Shown here: piece by piece, positions 50,923 to 64,000 of the stretch
Layout: each line of letters starts with the position of its first letter
How positions within the stretch are numbered: position 1 is the stretch's first letter
Origin: Eledone cirrhosa
Lineage: Eukaryota
Assembly: GCA_964016885.1 (NCBI GenBank)
Contig: OZ024743.1
Coordinates: 377,394,001-377,458,000, forward strand
Length of the DNA: 64,000 bases
Reading direction: 5' to 3'
The notes under the pieces: model-generated
What the model was told of the DNA's origin: nothing
Seen by the model: only the letters and a program-made list of their open reading frames with translations
The model's database searches: none
Translations under genes and position numbers: made by a program

Positions 50923-51769
50923 TTAAAAGCCTTTAAAATATTGGATGGCTATGGAAGAGTGTGACAGATGTTTAAGAAAAGAGTAACATATGTTTTCTAG
51001 AAAGTGAAACGTAAGGATGGGAAAAAATAGTTGTTTAGCTGTGAATCAGAAAGTCAGTGGAATGACAGAGGAGGAGGGGGGATATTTTTTGTAAATGAGT
51101 GTGCGGGGAGGGATTTGTGATTGTGAGAGAACAGAGTCGTTGTTTGAGACAATCTTAATATATCGTTGACTGTCCATGGACGCCATTTTTATTTCACATA
51201 CAAGTGATCCTATGTGAAATTTGCTTTATTAACATTTCTTAACGAACCAACAGTCTTCTCATTAATTACTGATATGCAGTATTGTTTTTGTTTGTTGTTG
51301 TTGTTGTTAGTGGTGGTGGTGGTGGTGTATTTTTTTGGTGGCGGGGCATTTCTATTGTTGTTGTTGGTGGTGGTGGTGCTGGTGGTGGTGGATGGTGGTG
51401 GTTGTTATTGCGGGGGGGGGGGGGCATTTATATTGGTTTTGTTGCTGGTGGTGGTTATAGTAGGGGGGGGGGGGTTCTATTATTGTTGTTGTTGCTGTTG
51501 CTGCTGCTGGCGGTGGCAGTGGCGTCGGCGGTCGGTTTAGCGGTGGGATGACGATATGGTGGCGGTGTGGTGATGATGTGATGGCTGTAAGGGTTGTGGC
51601 AGGTTGTGGAGGTAGGAGTAGTGGTAGTGGTTGTGGTTGTGGTTGTGGTGCAGTAGGGAGCGGTAAGGGCTCCGGTAGAGTGGTGTTGGAGGATATAGTA
51701 GCTCCTTTATTTAATATTGTCCCCAAAACTGACCTCATCATGAAGTTTGTTATGTCAAACCTCTAATAA

Positions 51770-52392
51770 TAATTGGTTCTAATTTAGACAAAAGACCAGA
51801 AATTGGTTGGGTGAAGGTTCGATTAAATCGATATCTGGACTTAGCTGGTATTTTATTTCATCGACTACCGGAAAGATGAAAAGCAAAGTTGACCTCGTTG
51901 GGTGTGAAGGTAATGGTGTTGGACTTACGATCATAATGTCGTCGGTTCGATTCCTGGACTGGGTTGTATGTTGTATTCTTGTGCAAAATATTTCATTTCA
52001 CGTTGCTCAAGTAAACTCAGCTGAAAATGAGTACCAGCAATAGCCGGGGTTGGTTAAAACTGTGATGGACTCGCGTCCTGTCCAGGGGGAAGTCTTGAAC
52101 TCTCAGTCACTTAATGCCACGAAACTGGAATAAGTACCAACATGACGACCCTTCTGGCTTGAGACTTTAACCTTGCGGTGGACTGGCGTCCTGTCTAGGG
52201 GAGAGTCTTGTACTCTCACTTGCTTCACACCACGAAACTGGGATAAACACCGGCCCGACGAGCCCCTTGGCTTGAGATAGTTTTTAAACTAGACTTATAC
52301 TTTGGTGGGATTTGAACTTAGAACGTAAAAGAAAACGGAATACAACATACAACAAAGAATTTTGTCCGATACTCTAACGATTCTGTCAATCT
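51770..52392. mobile_element. Minus-strand SINE split by a different plus-strand tRNA SINE (about 51900-52300) with a duplicated 3' module
   Basis: Host halves ..aaagttgacctcg (51897) and ggtgggatttgaactta (52304); guest has B-box ggttcgattcc, aaaatgagtacc, and gact.gcgtcctgtc.aggggga twice. Confidence 0.7.
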
Positions 52393-52878
52393 AGCGCCTC
52401 TTGAGAATACTACTTGTTATAGAGAAGTAAGGGGTCCAATGGAGTGAAATAGAGAGAAGAGCGGTGGGTAGGAGGAGAGGGTGAGGCGACAGAGAAAATG
52501 GAGATAGACAGAGAGTGTTGAGAGAAAGAAAGGATGGGGCGACAGAGAAAGTGGGGTGAGATAGAAAAGAGGAGTGGAGACAGAGAGAGTAAATATTTCA
52601 AAAAGATGTTACGACCAAAAGAAAACAGGAAGACAACGACTGAGCTCTTGCCGTTTTGTGTCAGGAACTAGCTGTCGAAACGGTAAGAGCTCAGTCGTTG
52701 GGCCCCGACTCTAGTTATATATATATATAGGCTGCGCTTTCTAGCAACCAGCCTATTCGCCGACAGGCACCAATCACAAACTTTCTGCCTTGACCACTAG
52801 CCACGTGACGATTCTTAGCCATTTTGAATTCGTTTCTGGCGGCGATGATGTCAGAAAAATCTTTGTCCAATTGAGTTT

Positions 52879-52961
52879 ATCTCCTGATGATTTCCTACCT
52901 CGTTGATTTATCCAAGATCGGATACATCCAAAAACGGAATGAAACTGCCGGTAGTAGAGAT
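52879..52961 (+). ncRNA. Type I hammerhead ribozyme with ~50-nt stem II (GUA cleavage)
   Basis: atctc-CTGATGA-t-ttcc...tatcc-aagatc-ggata...ggaa-t-GAAA-ctgccggtag-TA/gagat. Confidence 0.8.
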
Positions 52962-53267
52962 GTTTTGATGAGTTTGGTATGTTTATGTGCATTTTTTCTT
53001 CTAACTTTGATTTTGCAACTAATTATGTATGGTTAACTATATGTCTAGTCAATTTCTACGGGCTATCAGAAATAATGAGTAAATTTTCTATAGCTGTGAA
53101 TCGCTGATAAAGAGCTGTATCATTTATCTACTATTTCTTCATAGGTACAGTATATTTTAAATGACTTTTTGTGTGGTTAATTTATGCTGATTGGGAGAAG
53201 AAATACTGTATATATTTTATCTAATGATTCTATGGACTTACTTTATATATATGTGTGTGTGTGTGTG

Positions 53268-53298
<31 letters not shown>

Positions 53299-54413
53299 AT
53301 GTAAAATTGAACAGGGACAGAACAGAGAGGCAGTACAATAAATGTTTATTAAATTCACGCTCAGGAGAGTGGGGGGGTAGGTGGGGGACTGTATGTATAT
53401 ACACACGTACATATATACTATTTCCAGCGCAGGTATGCATAGAAAGACTCAATATAAACCACAAACGTAGTATTTACACAGAACAACCAATACGAGCTAA
53501 ATAATAGACCAGCTACACCTCCGCTACCGTCATTTTGTCGCGAAACTGCAGCCATTATTTAAGCTGTCTATTGAATGAGTTTACTATTAATCCTGTGGGG
53601 AAATTCTCTATTCGAGAAGTGACTGTGTTTCTAACTACTATTAGATTAAGTAAGTAGTTTAGTTGTAATGTCATTGTTTGGTCGTGGTGTTAAAACACCA
53701 TTAAGATAAAGCTTTCTCTGTGTCTGGAGTGGAGTAGAGGGGGTGATAACTGAAAGAAGAAAAAGAAGAAAAATAACAAAATATAACGAAACCTCGCCGT
53801 GTTTTGTACATTGGTTCGGTGTGACATTGATAGAGACAGACATACAGGCACACAGACACTGACAGACAAGCACACACACATACACACACACACACACACA
53901 CACTGGCCTGACAGATAAACAACCATGCACACCATAAACAGATAAACACGTACACACAAACATACACACACACACACAGACCGACAAATACAAACACAAG
54001 CACACATAGACAGATAGACACACAGAGACAAACACAGACAGATAGTCAGATACAGACAGATAGACAAACACAGACAGATAGACAAACACAAACAGATAGA
54101 CAAACACAGCTTATATATATTTATATATATATATATACACTTGGGAGGGTCATATTGTTGTAATACTATTGCCAGAAATAATAACAGAACACACTCACTG
54201 TTTGGTTGGTTTTCGCTTCTGCATTTTTATATCTCCATAGTTAATTCATTTGGCCACCAATGTTTATCATTGACTGACCAACGGTCAAAAATACAGATAT
54301 AAATACATATATATAGTCTAACAAGATTCTGTCGTTGCACATCTGCAACATCATCAGTGGTACTATTATCATGTTTCCTCTTATTGTATCGTGTTTACAC
54401 CATTTATATTTTA

Positions 54414-54494
<81 letters not shown>

Positions 54495-54754
54495 ATATAT
54501 AGCAATATCTGAAGGTGTGAAAAATGAAAAAGGAAAACAGTGCTCAATTGGGAAGAGAGCAGATATATTATTTAGTTATGTTCATAAACTCGTATAAGCG
54601 TCTGAACTACCTTCAGGCGCTTATACGATATATACGATCAATTTCGATCTCTCTTACATTTCTGGAGATATGGTTAATATTGGACTTTGAAACCTTAGGT
54701 AGCGCTTTTGTTCCGTGTATGAACATAAATAAGTTATATATATATATATATTAT

Positions 54755-55400
54755 ATATAAGTATGTATACGTACATACATATATGTATACAGACATACAG
54801 TAGTATGTATATATATATACGTACACACATATATACATGTACGTACGGATTTACCGAACATTTATTATAATGCTCGGTTTGTTTGTAAACAAACATCCCG
54901 AATAAAGCCTACAGTGTTTAGCAACCATCGTTGCCTTTTTGTTCAACACTGACAAAGGAACGATGTACTAGTTTCAAGCTTATTAGCTATCGTCAGCACC
55001 GTATACCTTCCTCCCAGATAATTGAACGTCTGAAAGTATATACTTTCTTTATGCATATTAACGGCTGAGCAGCCTAATTTGCATATCGAGTAAGTTAATC
55101 GGCCGGGCGCACCGAATACGATAAATGGAAAAAATGAAACGAAATTTCATTTCTCACTCTTAGTACGGCTGCTAAACACTGTAGGCTTTATTCGGGATAT
55201 TTGTTTACAAACAAACCGAACATTATAATAAATGTTCGGTAAATCCGTACGTACATGTATATATGTGTGCATGTATGTATATATATACATACTACTGTAT
55301 GTCTGTATACATATATGTATGTACGTATACATACTTATATTTAAGTAACAGCCCTACTAAGAGTGAGAAATGAAATTTCGTTTCATTTTTTCCATTTATA
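54755..55400. repeat. Interleaved inverted repeats around a hammerhead
   Basis: 54755-54922 inverts 55170-55340; 55121-55164 inverts 55355-55399. Confidence 0.85.
54960..55002 (-). ncRNA. Minimal type I hammerhead ribozyme (GUA cleavage, palindromic ACTAGT)
   Basis: Minus strand acggtg-CTGACGA-t-agct-aata-agct-t-GAAA-ctag-TA/catcgt. Confidence 0.83.
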
Positions 55401-56153
55401 TATATATGTAAAAGGTAAACAGAAATAACAACACAATCGGTTATATTGCCTCTTGTGTTTTATTCGTTCATTTTCAACTCTATATATGTATATGTAGCAA
55501 TATCTGTAGGTGTGAAAAGGGTAAAAATGCCTGGGCTTCCACATATTTAACGCGTACCAAATTTCACTCGCAATCCGAAACTTTAGTAGAAGACACTTCC
55601 GAGCGGTGTCCGGTAGTGGAATCGAACAGGGCTGCGATACCTACTTCTTAACCACTCATCCATGTTATATGTTTTTAAAAAAAACGAAAACAAACTAAGC
55701 AAATAAAGACTTAAATAATCATGTTTAGATTTTTTTTCCTTTACTTTTTACTTTTTTCTATTTGCAGGTTGGATTTTGTAGGGGGGGGGGGGGGTATCAA
55801 ATGACGAGAACATGTGTTTTTAATTTTAAGTTACGAGATCTGAGGATGAGAACTCTTTTATCAGAATGCTGAGGTGGCATTAGAGGGCAAATTTCTAGAA
55901 TGTAAAGCAGGCATATAACATCTTATGTTGTGTACTACACTAGAGGATAAAGCAAGATTTAGATTTTCATTGTTGTTTGGTCAACTCTGAAATACTTGTA
56001 TTAAGTAGTTTGTATTTCAAAAAGAAACTAAGAACCGGTCGACCAAAACTATTTACGTATTATTTATTTATTTTATTATATGTATTATCATCGAAGGTGA
56101 GGGTGGAGAGAGAAGTGCTTCCCCCCTCACCCCCATCCCCTCCCCACCCCACC

Positions 56154-56484
56154 CCAGTACATTTGCTAAAAGGTGGGTGAATGTGGCGAGGATGGCCCGT
56201 GTGAATGGGCCTACTCTGAGCATGCGCCTGTAGGCTGGTTAATTTGAGGAGAGGAGGTACTCTTCCCGGGAGCCCTCGAAGCGTCGGGTGGTTCAGGATT
56301 GGCGGGGTACCTGAGTCACTCTAAGTGGTTCTCCTCCCCTTGGGGAATTTTATTGTTGTAACTTTTATTGTTAAATATTTTTGTTGATTTGTTAATTTGT
56401 TTTACTCGATTTTATTGTAAACCCCCACTGCCCCTGTCTTTTGGTATTATCCCCTATATGTAGGCCCTTGTGGCAAATAAAAAA
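56154..56484 (+). mobile_element. 3' tail of a third Tx1 subfamily
   Basis: ..FAKRWVNVARMARVNGPTLSMRL* then 3'UTR ending cccttgtggcaaataaaaaa. Confidence 0.8.
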
Positions 56485-56489
56485 TTAAC

Positions 56490-56826
56490 ATTATGAGTTT
56501 AAATCCCGCCATGGTTAGCGTTGCCGTTAATCCTTACAGGGTCGATAAAATAAAGTACCAGTAATGCACCGGGGTCGATTTAATTGACTTCCCCTCCCCT
56601 TCAAATTGCTGGCCTTGTGCCTAAATCAGAAACAATTACAGTATCAGTAGAGGGTTGGACGCCATGCTTTCTAGCATAGTTACGTCCCTTTACGGTTGAG
56701 TTCAAATCCCGCTGAGGTTAACTTTGCCTTTCATCCTTACGGGGTCGATAAAATAAAGTACCAGTAATGTGCTGGGTAATTGCTGGCCTTGTGCCTAAAG
56801 TAGAGACAATTATTATTATTATTATT
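56490..56826 (+). mobile_element. Two tandem SINE copies with (ATT)n tail; further diverged copies at 62500-62640, 63190-63340 and 63695-63810
   Basis: Same consensus as 48460-48680. Confidence 0.82.
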
Positions 56827-57850
56827 TACTTTGATCTGTTGCACCCATTACAGCAAAATAAAGTTTGTTTTTTTGTGTATTTTATCTTTTTGATTAGATT
56901 AAACAAAAAATGTTGGCTTGTCATAAAAAGAATCTTAATTTTATTCTGTCTGTTTTTGTTTATTTTATGATATTTTGCAAGAGGTAAAGGGAAACTATTG
57001 AGTTTAAAGTATTGAAAATTGCAAGTTGTTAGTCTTAAGAAAAAATAGTTTCAATTATATTATATAGGCTTTCAGAACAAGAGCCCAGCGAGGTGGAGTT
57101 ACTGTTTCAACACGTCTCCCTCGCCGCCCCACGAGGCAATGCATTCTCAATCATGTCAGCCGGGACCCAGAGGTGGAGGGCAAGTTAGTTGGTGGTGAAG
57201 AATACTCGTTCGGACGTCACTTCAACAACTAAAGTATATTTAAATATGAAAAATTAATAATTTAACTTAACCTTTTCATTAAAAAAACCCATATTTGTAC
57301 CGTCCTGTGTTTGTACTGTCCTTAGTATATTTTTTGTAAACCCTTTGTGGTTAATAAATCATTATGAATTTGTGTTTGGAACATAACTTTTTCAATATTA
57401 GATATCCGAGATGTTTAATATGTCAGTTGTAATCCTGTTTTACATGGAATATATCTGCTGTATATATAGCTTTTAACACAGTTTACTAGGACCTAAATAT
57501 TTTATTTTAAGCATCATATGTGATGTACATGGGCAGCAGTGATATTACCTTTTAACAATGTTGCACTCTGTCGGATTAGCAGTCCGGTCTGAGGTGTGTG
57601 AAGTGTGTGAAACTACTATAATGTCCAAAAGACGGCCAATAGCGAGGCGTTTCTCTTGTTCATTTTGGCTGTGGTTTTGTTTTCTCCGTTCATTTTACCG
57701 TCTTTTTGTCCGAGCTTTTTGTCCGTATGTGGTTGACGGCTGAAAGAAAGGAGTTCTTGTCCTGTCACTCTGTGATAAACAGGCGAAACTCCAGAGTAAC
57801 AGGACTTACTTTTTAGCCCTAATATAAATGAGTATTTATATATATATACA

Positions 57851-57912
<62 letters not shown>

Positions 57913-57917
<5 letters not shown>

Positions 57918-58170
57918 GTGTTAAACAATATTCAATGAGTATGTCAAAGAATGAGTTTTACAGTAGATTGGAAGCACTCTACAGAAAATAATTTTCAGGA
58001 GTTATTAATATTAAAATATAAATATTAATAAAATAGATGTTCTTTTGATCAATTACATTTTATTACACATATTTCGGATGTACAACAGTACGTTCTCATC
58101 AGACAAAATATAATGATACATGACATACCCTGAGATGTTAAATGGTTAAGATTTAATCAAAGTAGTAATT
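57913..58170 (-). mobile_element. Collinear copy of the ~260-bp hammerhead mini-element; ribozyme at 58053-58113
   Basis: Minus strand ttatattttgt-CTGATGA-gaacgtac-tgtt-gtacatcc-GAAA-tatgtg-TA/ataaaatgtaa; (TA)n on both sides. Confidence 0.82.
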
Positions 58171-58172
58171 TT

Positions 58173-58250
<78 letters not shown>

Positions 58251-58843
58251 GGGTAAACAGAAATAACACAATCGGTACAGTATATGGAATGAATAAAGCC
58301 ATATATCTTTAGAGTAACACATAGTGTTTTGTGCATATATATAAAGCATATAATATTTAGGAAAAGGTACATATTTTAAGGCGGAAAAAAGTCAGGAGCG
58401 GTGGGAGCATTTCTGGATGGGGGGGGGCAAATTTGATCAATTTAGTTGTAGTGATTAATTTATCTCTTTGCACTCTAAAGTGGTCAGAAAAGTTCGATAT
58501 GCGATAAACATAACATGTACATATATTGTAGCACATATCCAAATAGATGTGTGTTTTGGTAGTTTGGGAAGAAAATATAATTATTGGAGGAGGTGTTCCC
58601 CTCCCCACCGGTTCCACTGCCACTGCATATATATAATTTAAAATAATTATGCCCTGTGCCCTTTCCTAAGGGGTTAATATATCGAGCTTCTTGGTAAGAA
58701 ACTGGTTTTATACCCAATTTATTCATCTTATATATATATACATATATATATATAAGGTAAGTTATTCCGGGTTGAATCAGAGGTAACCACAGTAAGTAAG
58801 GTACTCAATACATACCAGAGTATAAAAGTTTTAATATAGAAGA

Positions 58844-58892
58844 GATTCTACAGGACTAGAACTGTTTCATTCGTAAGAAATCATCAGGAATC
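58844..58892 (-). ncRNA. Type I hammerhead ribozyme, same family as 10918-10968
   Basis: Minus strand gattc-CTGATGA-t-ttc-ttac-gaa-t-GAAA-cag-ttctagtc-ctg-TA/gaatc. Confidence 0.85.
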
Positions 58893-59476
58893 AGACTGTC
58901 CAAGTAAATATAGTGGTATTTCTATCTTTTCTGGTGGTAGGAGTGAGTGGGGAGTGGGATGGGTGAAGGTCATTGGTTGAAAGAAAAGGGAATTCATTAA
59001 AAGCTAATTCTTTAAAGTTATAATTTATATTTAGAGGGACAAAGGCAGAAAGAATTCTATAAACAAGTTCAAATTGGTGTGCCACTCCTTATTTTTAAGT
59101 TTCTCTTAGGCTAACAATGCCTATATTTCAGGTGTCTATAAGAAGGTTGGAGGTCAGTCATGGTTGATGGGTTTAAAGAAAGGGGAGTTCTTTAAAGCTT
59201 TACTGACAAAGGCAGAAAGAATTCTTTGAACTTGTTTATAGAATTCTTTCTGCCTTTGTCACTACTCTAAGTAAAGCTTTAAAGAATTACCGGGGGACCA
59301 GTTAAGCCTGAAATGCATAGACGGTTGTCCCCCTTGCTTCTGCTGGACATCACCAGAGGGCGTTAGCCCCCCGGTGTTTGCATAGCTACGGCTTCCTAAA
59401 ACCGTATTCCTTTGGAGATACGAAATATTTATACATATTGTATAAAGCTATGCTTGAAGCGAAATCCTATTTCTTT

Positions 59477-59533
<57 letters not shown>

Positions 59534-60292
59534 GGTTTATGAAGCTAGCCGAAGAGAATTGTGCCGCCTCGGCCGTTCATTACTCAATGAGATATAAAAC
59601 TTGTATATACAAACATATAACTCAGAGTGAAAACGTTGATAGTAAAGAAAACGGCAACGTGTGGGTAGTGGTAATTGTATTTCTCTTCAGTTTCCTACCC
59701 AATTTCACTCGCAAGGCTATGGAAGGAAACACTTGCCCAAAGGACCTTGCAGTAGGACTAAACCCGAAAGCACATTATTGCTATACGAACTTCTTAACCA
59801 CACAGCCATATCTGTTCTTGGTACATATTTATATATACGTCCTCATCTCTGACTTGGAATTATGCTCACAAAATAACAATTGTATAACTAACAGTAGATA
59901 TGGATTTAATCTAATGAAAATAGAACAGTAATAATTGTGTTTTCTTTACAATAAACACATTCAATCCAAATATGGATTTTTCTTTTCCTATAACGCTGAA
60001 CTGTTCATCATAGATGTTAAGATAGCAGAAGAAATGGAAGGCCGTTTAATGACAGACATGTTGTCTAGACGACAAAAAGGAAAACAAAAATAAAAAATAG
60101 TACATTTGACATTAGCAGATACAAGGTCTTTCTGATAGTATATATCATGTCCTGCTTGATTAAGTTGAAAGTAATGAACGTTATATGTGGACAAGGACTT
60201 GTCAGACAACCAACCATGCCGACATCCATTGAAATTGACAGAAACTTCTTATGTGTTTGTATAAAAGATATATATGTTATCTTTTCATTGCT

Positions 60293-60368
<76 letters not shown>

Positions 60369-60374
60369 TTATAC

Positions 60375-60428
<54 letters not shown>

Positions 60429-60433
60429 TATAC

Positions 60434-60472
<39 letters not shown>

Positions 60473-60516
60473 TTATACGTGTGTATATATATATATATAT
60501 ATATATACATTATACA

Positions 60517-60638
<122 letters not shown>

Positions 60639-61102
60639 GTTCAGATAGCCACATCAATAATCCTAATGGAAACATTCTTATTAACGTAATTAATTCATTT
60701 GTTCTGGTGGCCATTTTTTTCTCATCTTTCTGTCCACTATTAAAATCATTTAAGAATAAACCTATTGCAATATTCAATGGTTTAATTGTAATCGCCTTAA
60801 AACCATTACTGTTTTCTGGTTTTTTGTTCGGTATTTTTGTGTAGGAACGATTGTTTTGTTTTTGTTTTTTGTATTTTGGTGAGGGGTGGGGAGTCTGTTA
60901 GTCTTTCTATTCTGTTCTCATGGCAGAGGAGTCATTGGTATAATTGGACTATATCGATATAACAGAATTATATATTAATCAAATGCATGGTCTCATTGAT
61001 TCGTATTTTTCAGCGGAGGGATTGTATATGTACAGTACATATATTTGTTTGTGTGTGTGCATAGACATAATTATACATATACATGTGTTTACATATATGT
61101 AC

Positions 61103-61134
<32 letters not shown>

Positions 61135-61146
61135 TTACACACACAT

Positions 61147-61245
<99 letters not shown>

Positions 61246-61271
61246 CATACATACATACATACATACATACA

Positions 61272-62030
61272 TGGTGGCTGCCAACTCGTTTTCGAGTACG
61301 GCCACTACGTTATATCCATGTAGGAGAACCCCTACCGATGCGCTGAACGAGTGTGACTTTTTAGTCCAGCCAGCAACTTGAAAACTCTCGTACAAACACT
61401 AGACTTGTGGCAATTATTGACACATAGTGCTTGTCCCATGGTACCATGTGACGACAAGTGCAGAGAGATCTCCAGATATAAAGCAATGCCTGTGCCGTGA
61501 AACTTTTATAGTGAGCAAAGGCACTGCACAAAGCCAGTCCCACTCTCTTAACCAAGATGATATTTACCAAAAAGAAGAACAAGTCAACATCATTGGATAC
61601 CATCAGGGTTGCAGGTGTTATATGTACATGGTGGCTGCCAACTCGTTTTCGAGTACGGCCACTACGTTATATCCATGTAGGAGAACCCCTACCGATGCGC
61701 TGAACAAGTGACTTTTTAGTCCAGCCAGCGGCTTAAAAACTCTGGTACAAACACTACACTTGTGACAATTATTGACACAGAGCTGGGCCCTTGGTACCAT
61801 GTGACGACAAGTGCAGAGAGATCTCCAGATATAAAGCAATGCCTGTGCCGTGAAGCTTTTATAGTGAGCAAAGGCACTGCACAAAGCCAGTCCCACTCTC
61901 TTAACCAAGATGATATTTACCAAAAAGAAGAACAAGTCAACATCATTGGATACCATCAGGGTTGCAGGTGTTATATCAGAGTTTTCCTTCTCCTAGAATT
62001 CTGCCTTGACAAAGGCTAAGGGGTCATCTC
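61272..62030 (-). mobile_element. Two tandem 5'-truncated copies of the bipartite RTE derivative (61272-61621 and 61629-62030)
   Basis: Homologous to 24504-24910; element-strand 3' end ccacca followed by (TGTA)n. Confidence 0.85.
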
Positions 62031-63807
62031 TATGTATGTATGTATGTACATACATACATACATACATACATACATACATACATACATACATACATACATA
62101 CATACATACGCATATAATATGCAACATCACTCTTTAGTAATTTCTAAATACATACACATATATATATATATGTATAGTCTGCTTGTTAATAGGCATTTGC
62201 GTGGGTGAATGTGTTGAGTATTTGTTGAATAGCGTGTCCGAGGACAACGAAGAAAGACAGAACTCCATAATCTATGGCAACTCCTTGGGATCAGAATCAT
62301 TCAGAAATAGTAGGTTCAGATTCGTGTGAAGGAATAGTGAATTTTTAAGTGCTAGGTTATTTTATAAGTGGGAACCCGTAACTCATAGCGGCGTCTTAGT
62401 GGAACCCATCCTCACTTCAGGTCTAAAAACAGCCGGTTTCTTCCGGAAAAGAAGAGAGCGAATAAAAGCGACATTGAGAAAGAGATATGGAAAAAGAATC
62501 TGCCCTAGTACCGGATTAGTAGTTTCTTGAAGGAATAAAAGGCAAAGTTGAACTCGCAGGGATTTTACCTCAGAAAACGCAGAGCTGCTGGAACGTATCC
62601 CGCAAAGCATTCTATCAGACGTTCTATCGACTATCAATTTGCTGCTTGTTAGGTTATTTGAAGAACATGTATTTAGGAGAACCTAGTTTTCTAATGGTAG
62701 ATGTATTCAGTGTAAAATGCCCTTTTTAACTCGTGTAACACTTAGAGCCAGATTTAGGAAGAGGAATAAAATACGTTATGAACTGAGAGATACGTATATA
62801 TGTTAGAAGCGTGTTGAAGTTTGCTGTGGTTGATTAACAGAATCTATTATAGTAGATGTAGAGGAAGCAGAAAAAAGACGAACCAGAAACGTTGATTTTT
62901 TTTTAATTAAAAAGTTGCCTTATCAGCCAGGTGATTAGCGTTCTACTCAATCTGTTCTGAGATCCAAGTATTTGTAGGAAGTGCACGTACATATGAGAAT
63001 GACACTGTGTGTATGGACCCACAACTCTTTATGTAGTCGTAGCGACGCCGTTGTGACATACAGCTTGTCTTGGGCATTTTAAACCTGGCAGAGCCCATTA
63101 CTTCTCCATTTCTGAACAACACCAATTTCTCCCAGAGAAGGAGAAAAAGAGAATGATAGAGAAGAAGCATGAAAGAGATATAGAAGAAGAATTGACCCCG
63201 GTACTGGACTGGTATTTTTTTATCGACTACGAAAGGATGAAAAGCAAAGTTGACATCGGTGAGTTTTGAACTCAAAGCGCAGAGCCGGAAGGAATACTAC
63301 AAAGCAATCTATGCAACGCTCTATCAACTCTGCCAATTCAATGAAAATAACATTACAAAACAGTAAAAAAAATTCCCTATTGCATTGGTCTCAAATATTT
63401 ATTAACTAGGAATAAAAAGTTCTATTTTCCCTGTAAATAAACTTCTAACTCTTTAATTACAGGTAAGAAACATTTCATAAACCAGACATTAGAACGTTCC
63501 CTCTTTCTGTGTAAACTTTGTACGTTTTTATTTCTACATCCAAACGTTTTATACTGTCTCTGTACGTTTACACAGCTCAGAAATTATCTATGTAACTCTT
63601 TATCGGGTTCTCTCTCTTCTCGACTCATAAAAACTAACTACGACTGTCACTCGCAACCGAATATGATCTGGTAGTATGTATCATACTTTCAAGGCAGTGA
63701 ATTGGAAAAATCGTTAGAACGTTGGATAGAATGCTCTCTGAATTCAAATCCTGTCTTTCATCTTTTCGAGGTCGATAAAAAAAAGTACCCGTCTTGTATT
63801 GGGATCG

Positions 63808-63915
<108 letters not shown>

Positions 63916-64000
63916 TTTCTATCCTCCTCTGGAAGAAATCTACTGTACTCAGGTTTGGAGAGAGACGGGCTCTGCCAGCTTTTAAAATGTCCAAGAAACG

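Noticed and set aside
55730-55775. Polypyrimidine tract plus ttgcag/G splice-acceptor-like site; similar donor/acceptor-like motifs at 26720-26860
   Set aside because: No convincing coding exon follows; cannot be supported without RNA data

Overview
Eukaryotic, AT-rich, microsatellite-saturated DNA with no recognisable host gene. The SINE and microsatellite content suggests a cephalopod such as Octopus (inference). Most long ORFs in the track are microsatellite artefacts. The real coding sequence is all retroelement: (i) a 5'-truncated R4/Dong-type RLE LINE in (TAA)n; (ii) two RTE-clade LINE copies in (TA)n, plus four copies of a bipartite non-autonomous RTE derivative; (iii) a head-to-tail stack of Tx1/L1-clade elements separated by (GATA)n, and a second long Tx1 copy that shares ORF2 frameshifts with the first but has a diverged ORF1; (iv) Penelope-like elements (PLEs), including an open 824-aa Hydra-type RT-GIY-YIG ORF with a ~2 kb inverted pseudo-LTR, a truncated Neptune-type copy and several 3' fragments; (v) CR1 and RTE relics and clusters of tRNA-derived SINEs. 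The main signal outside the ORF track is a dense set of type I hammerhead ribozymes: about 16 motifs read by eye, in roughly 11 sequence families, on both strands. Many have a U-U pair at the base of stem II, some have 50-110 nt stem II domains, and many sit in short non-coding, fold-back PLE-like units inside (TA)n. All structures were paired by eye and none was computed or tested.
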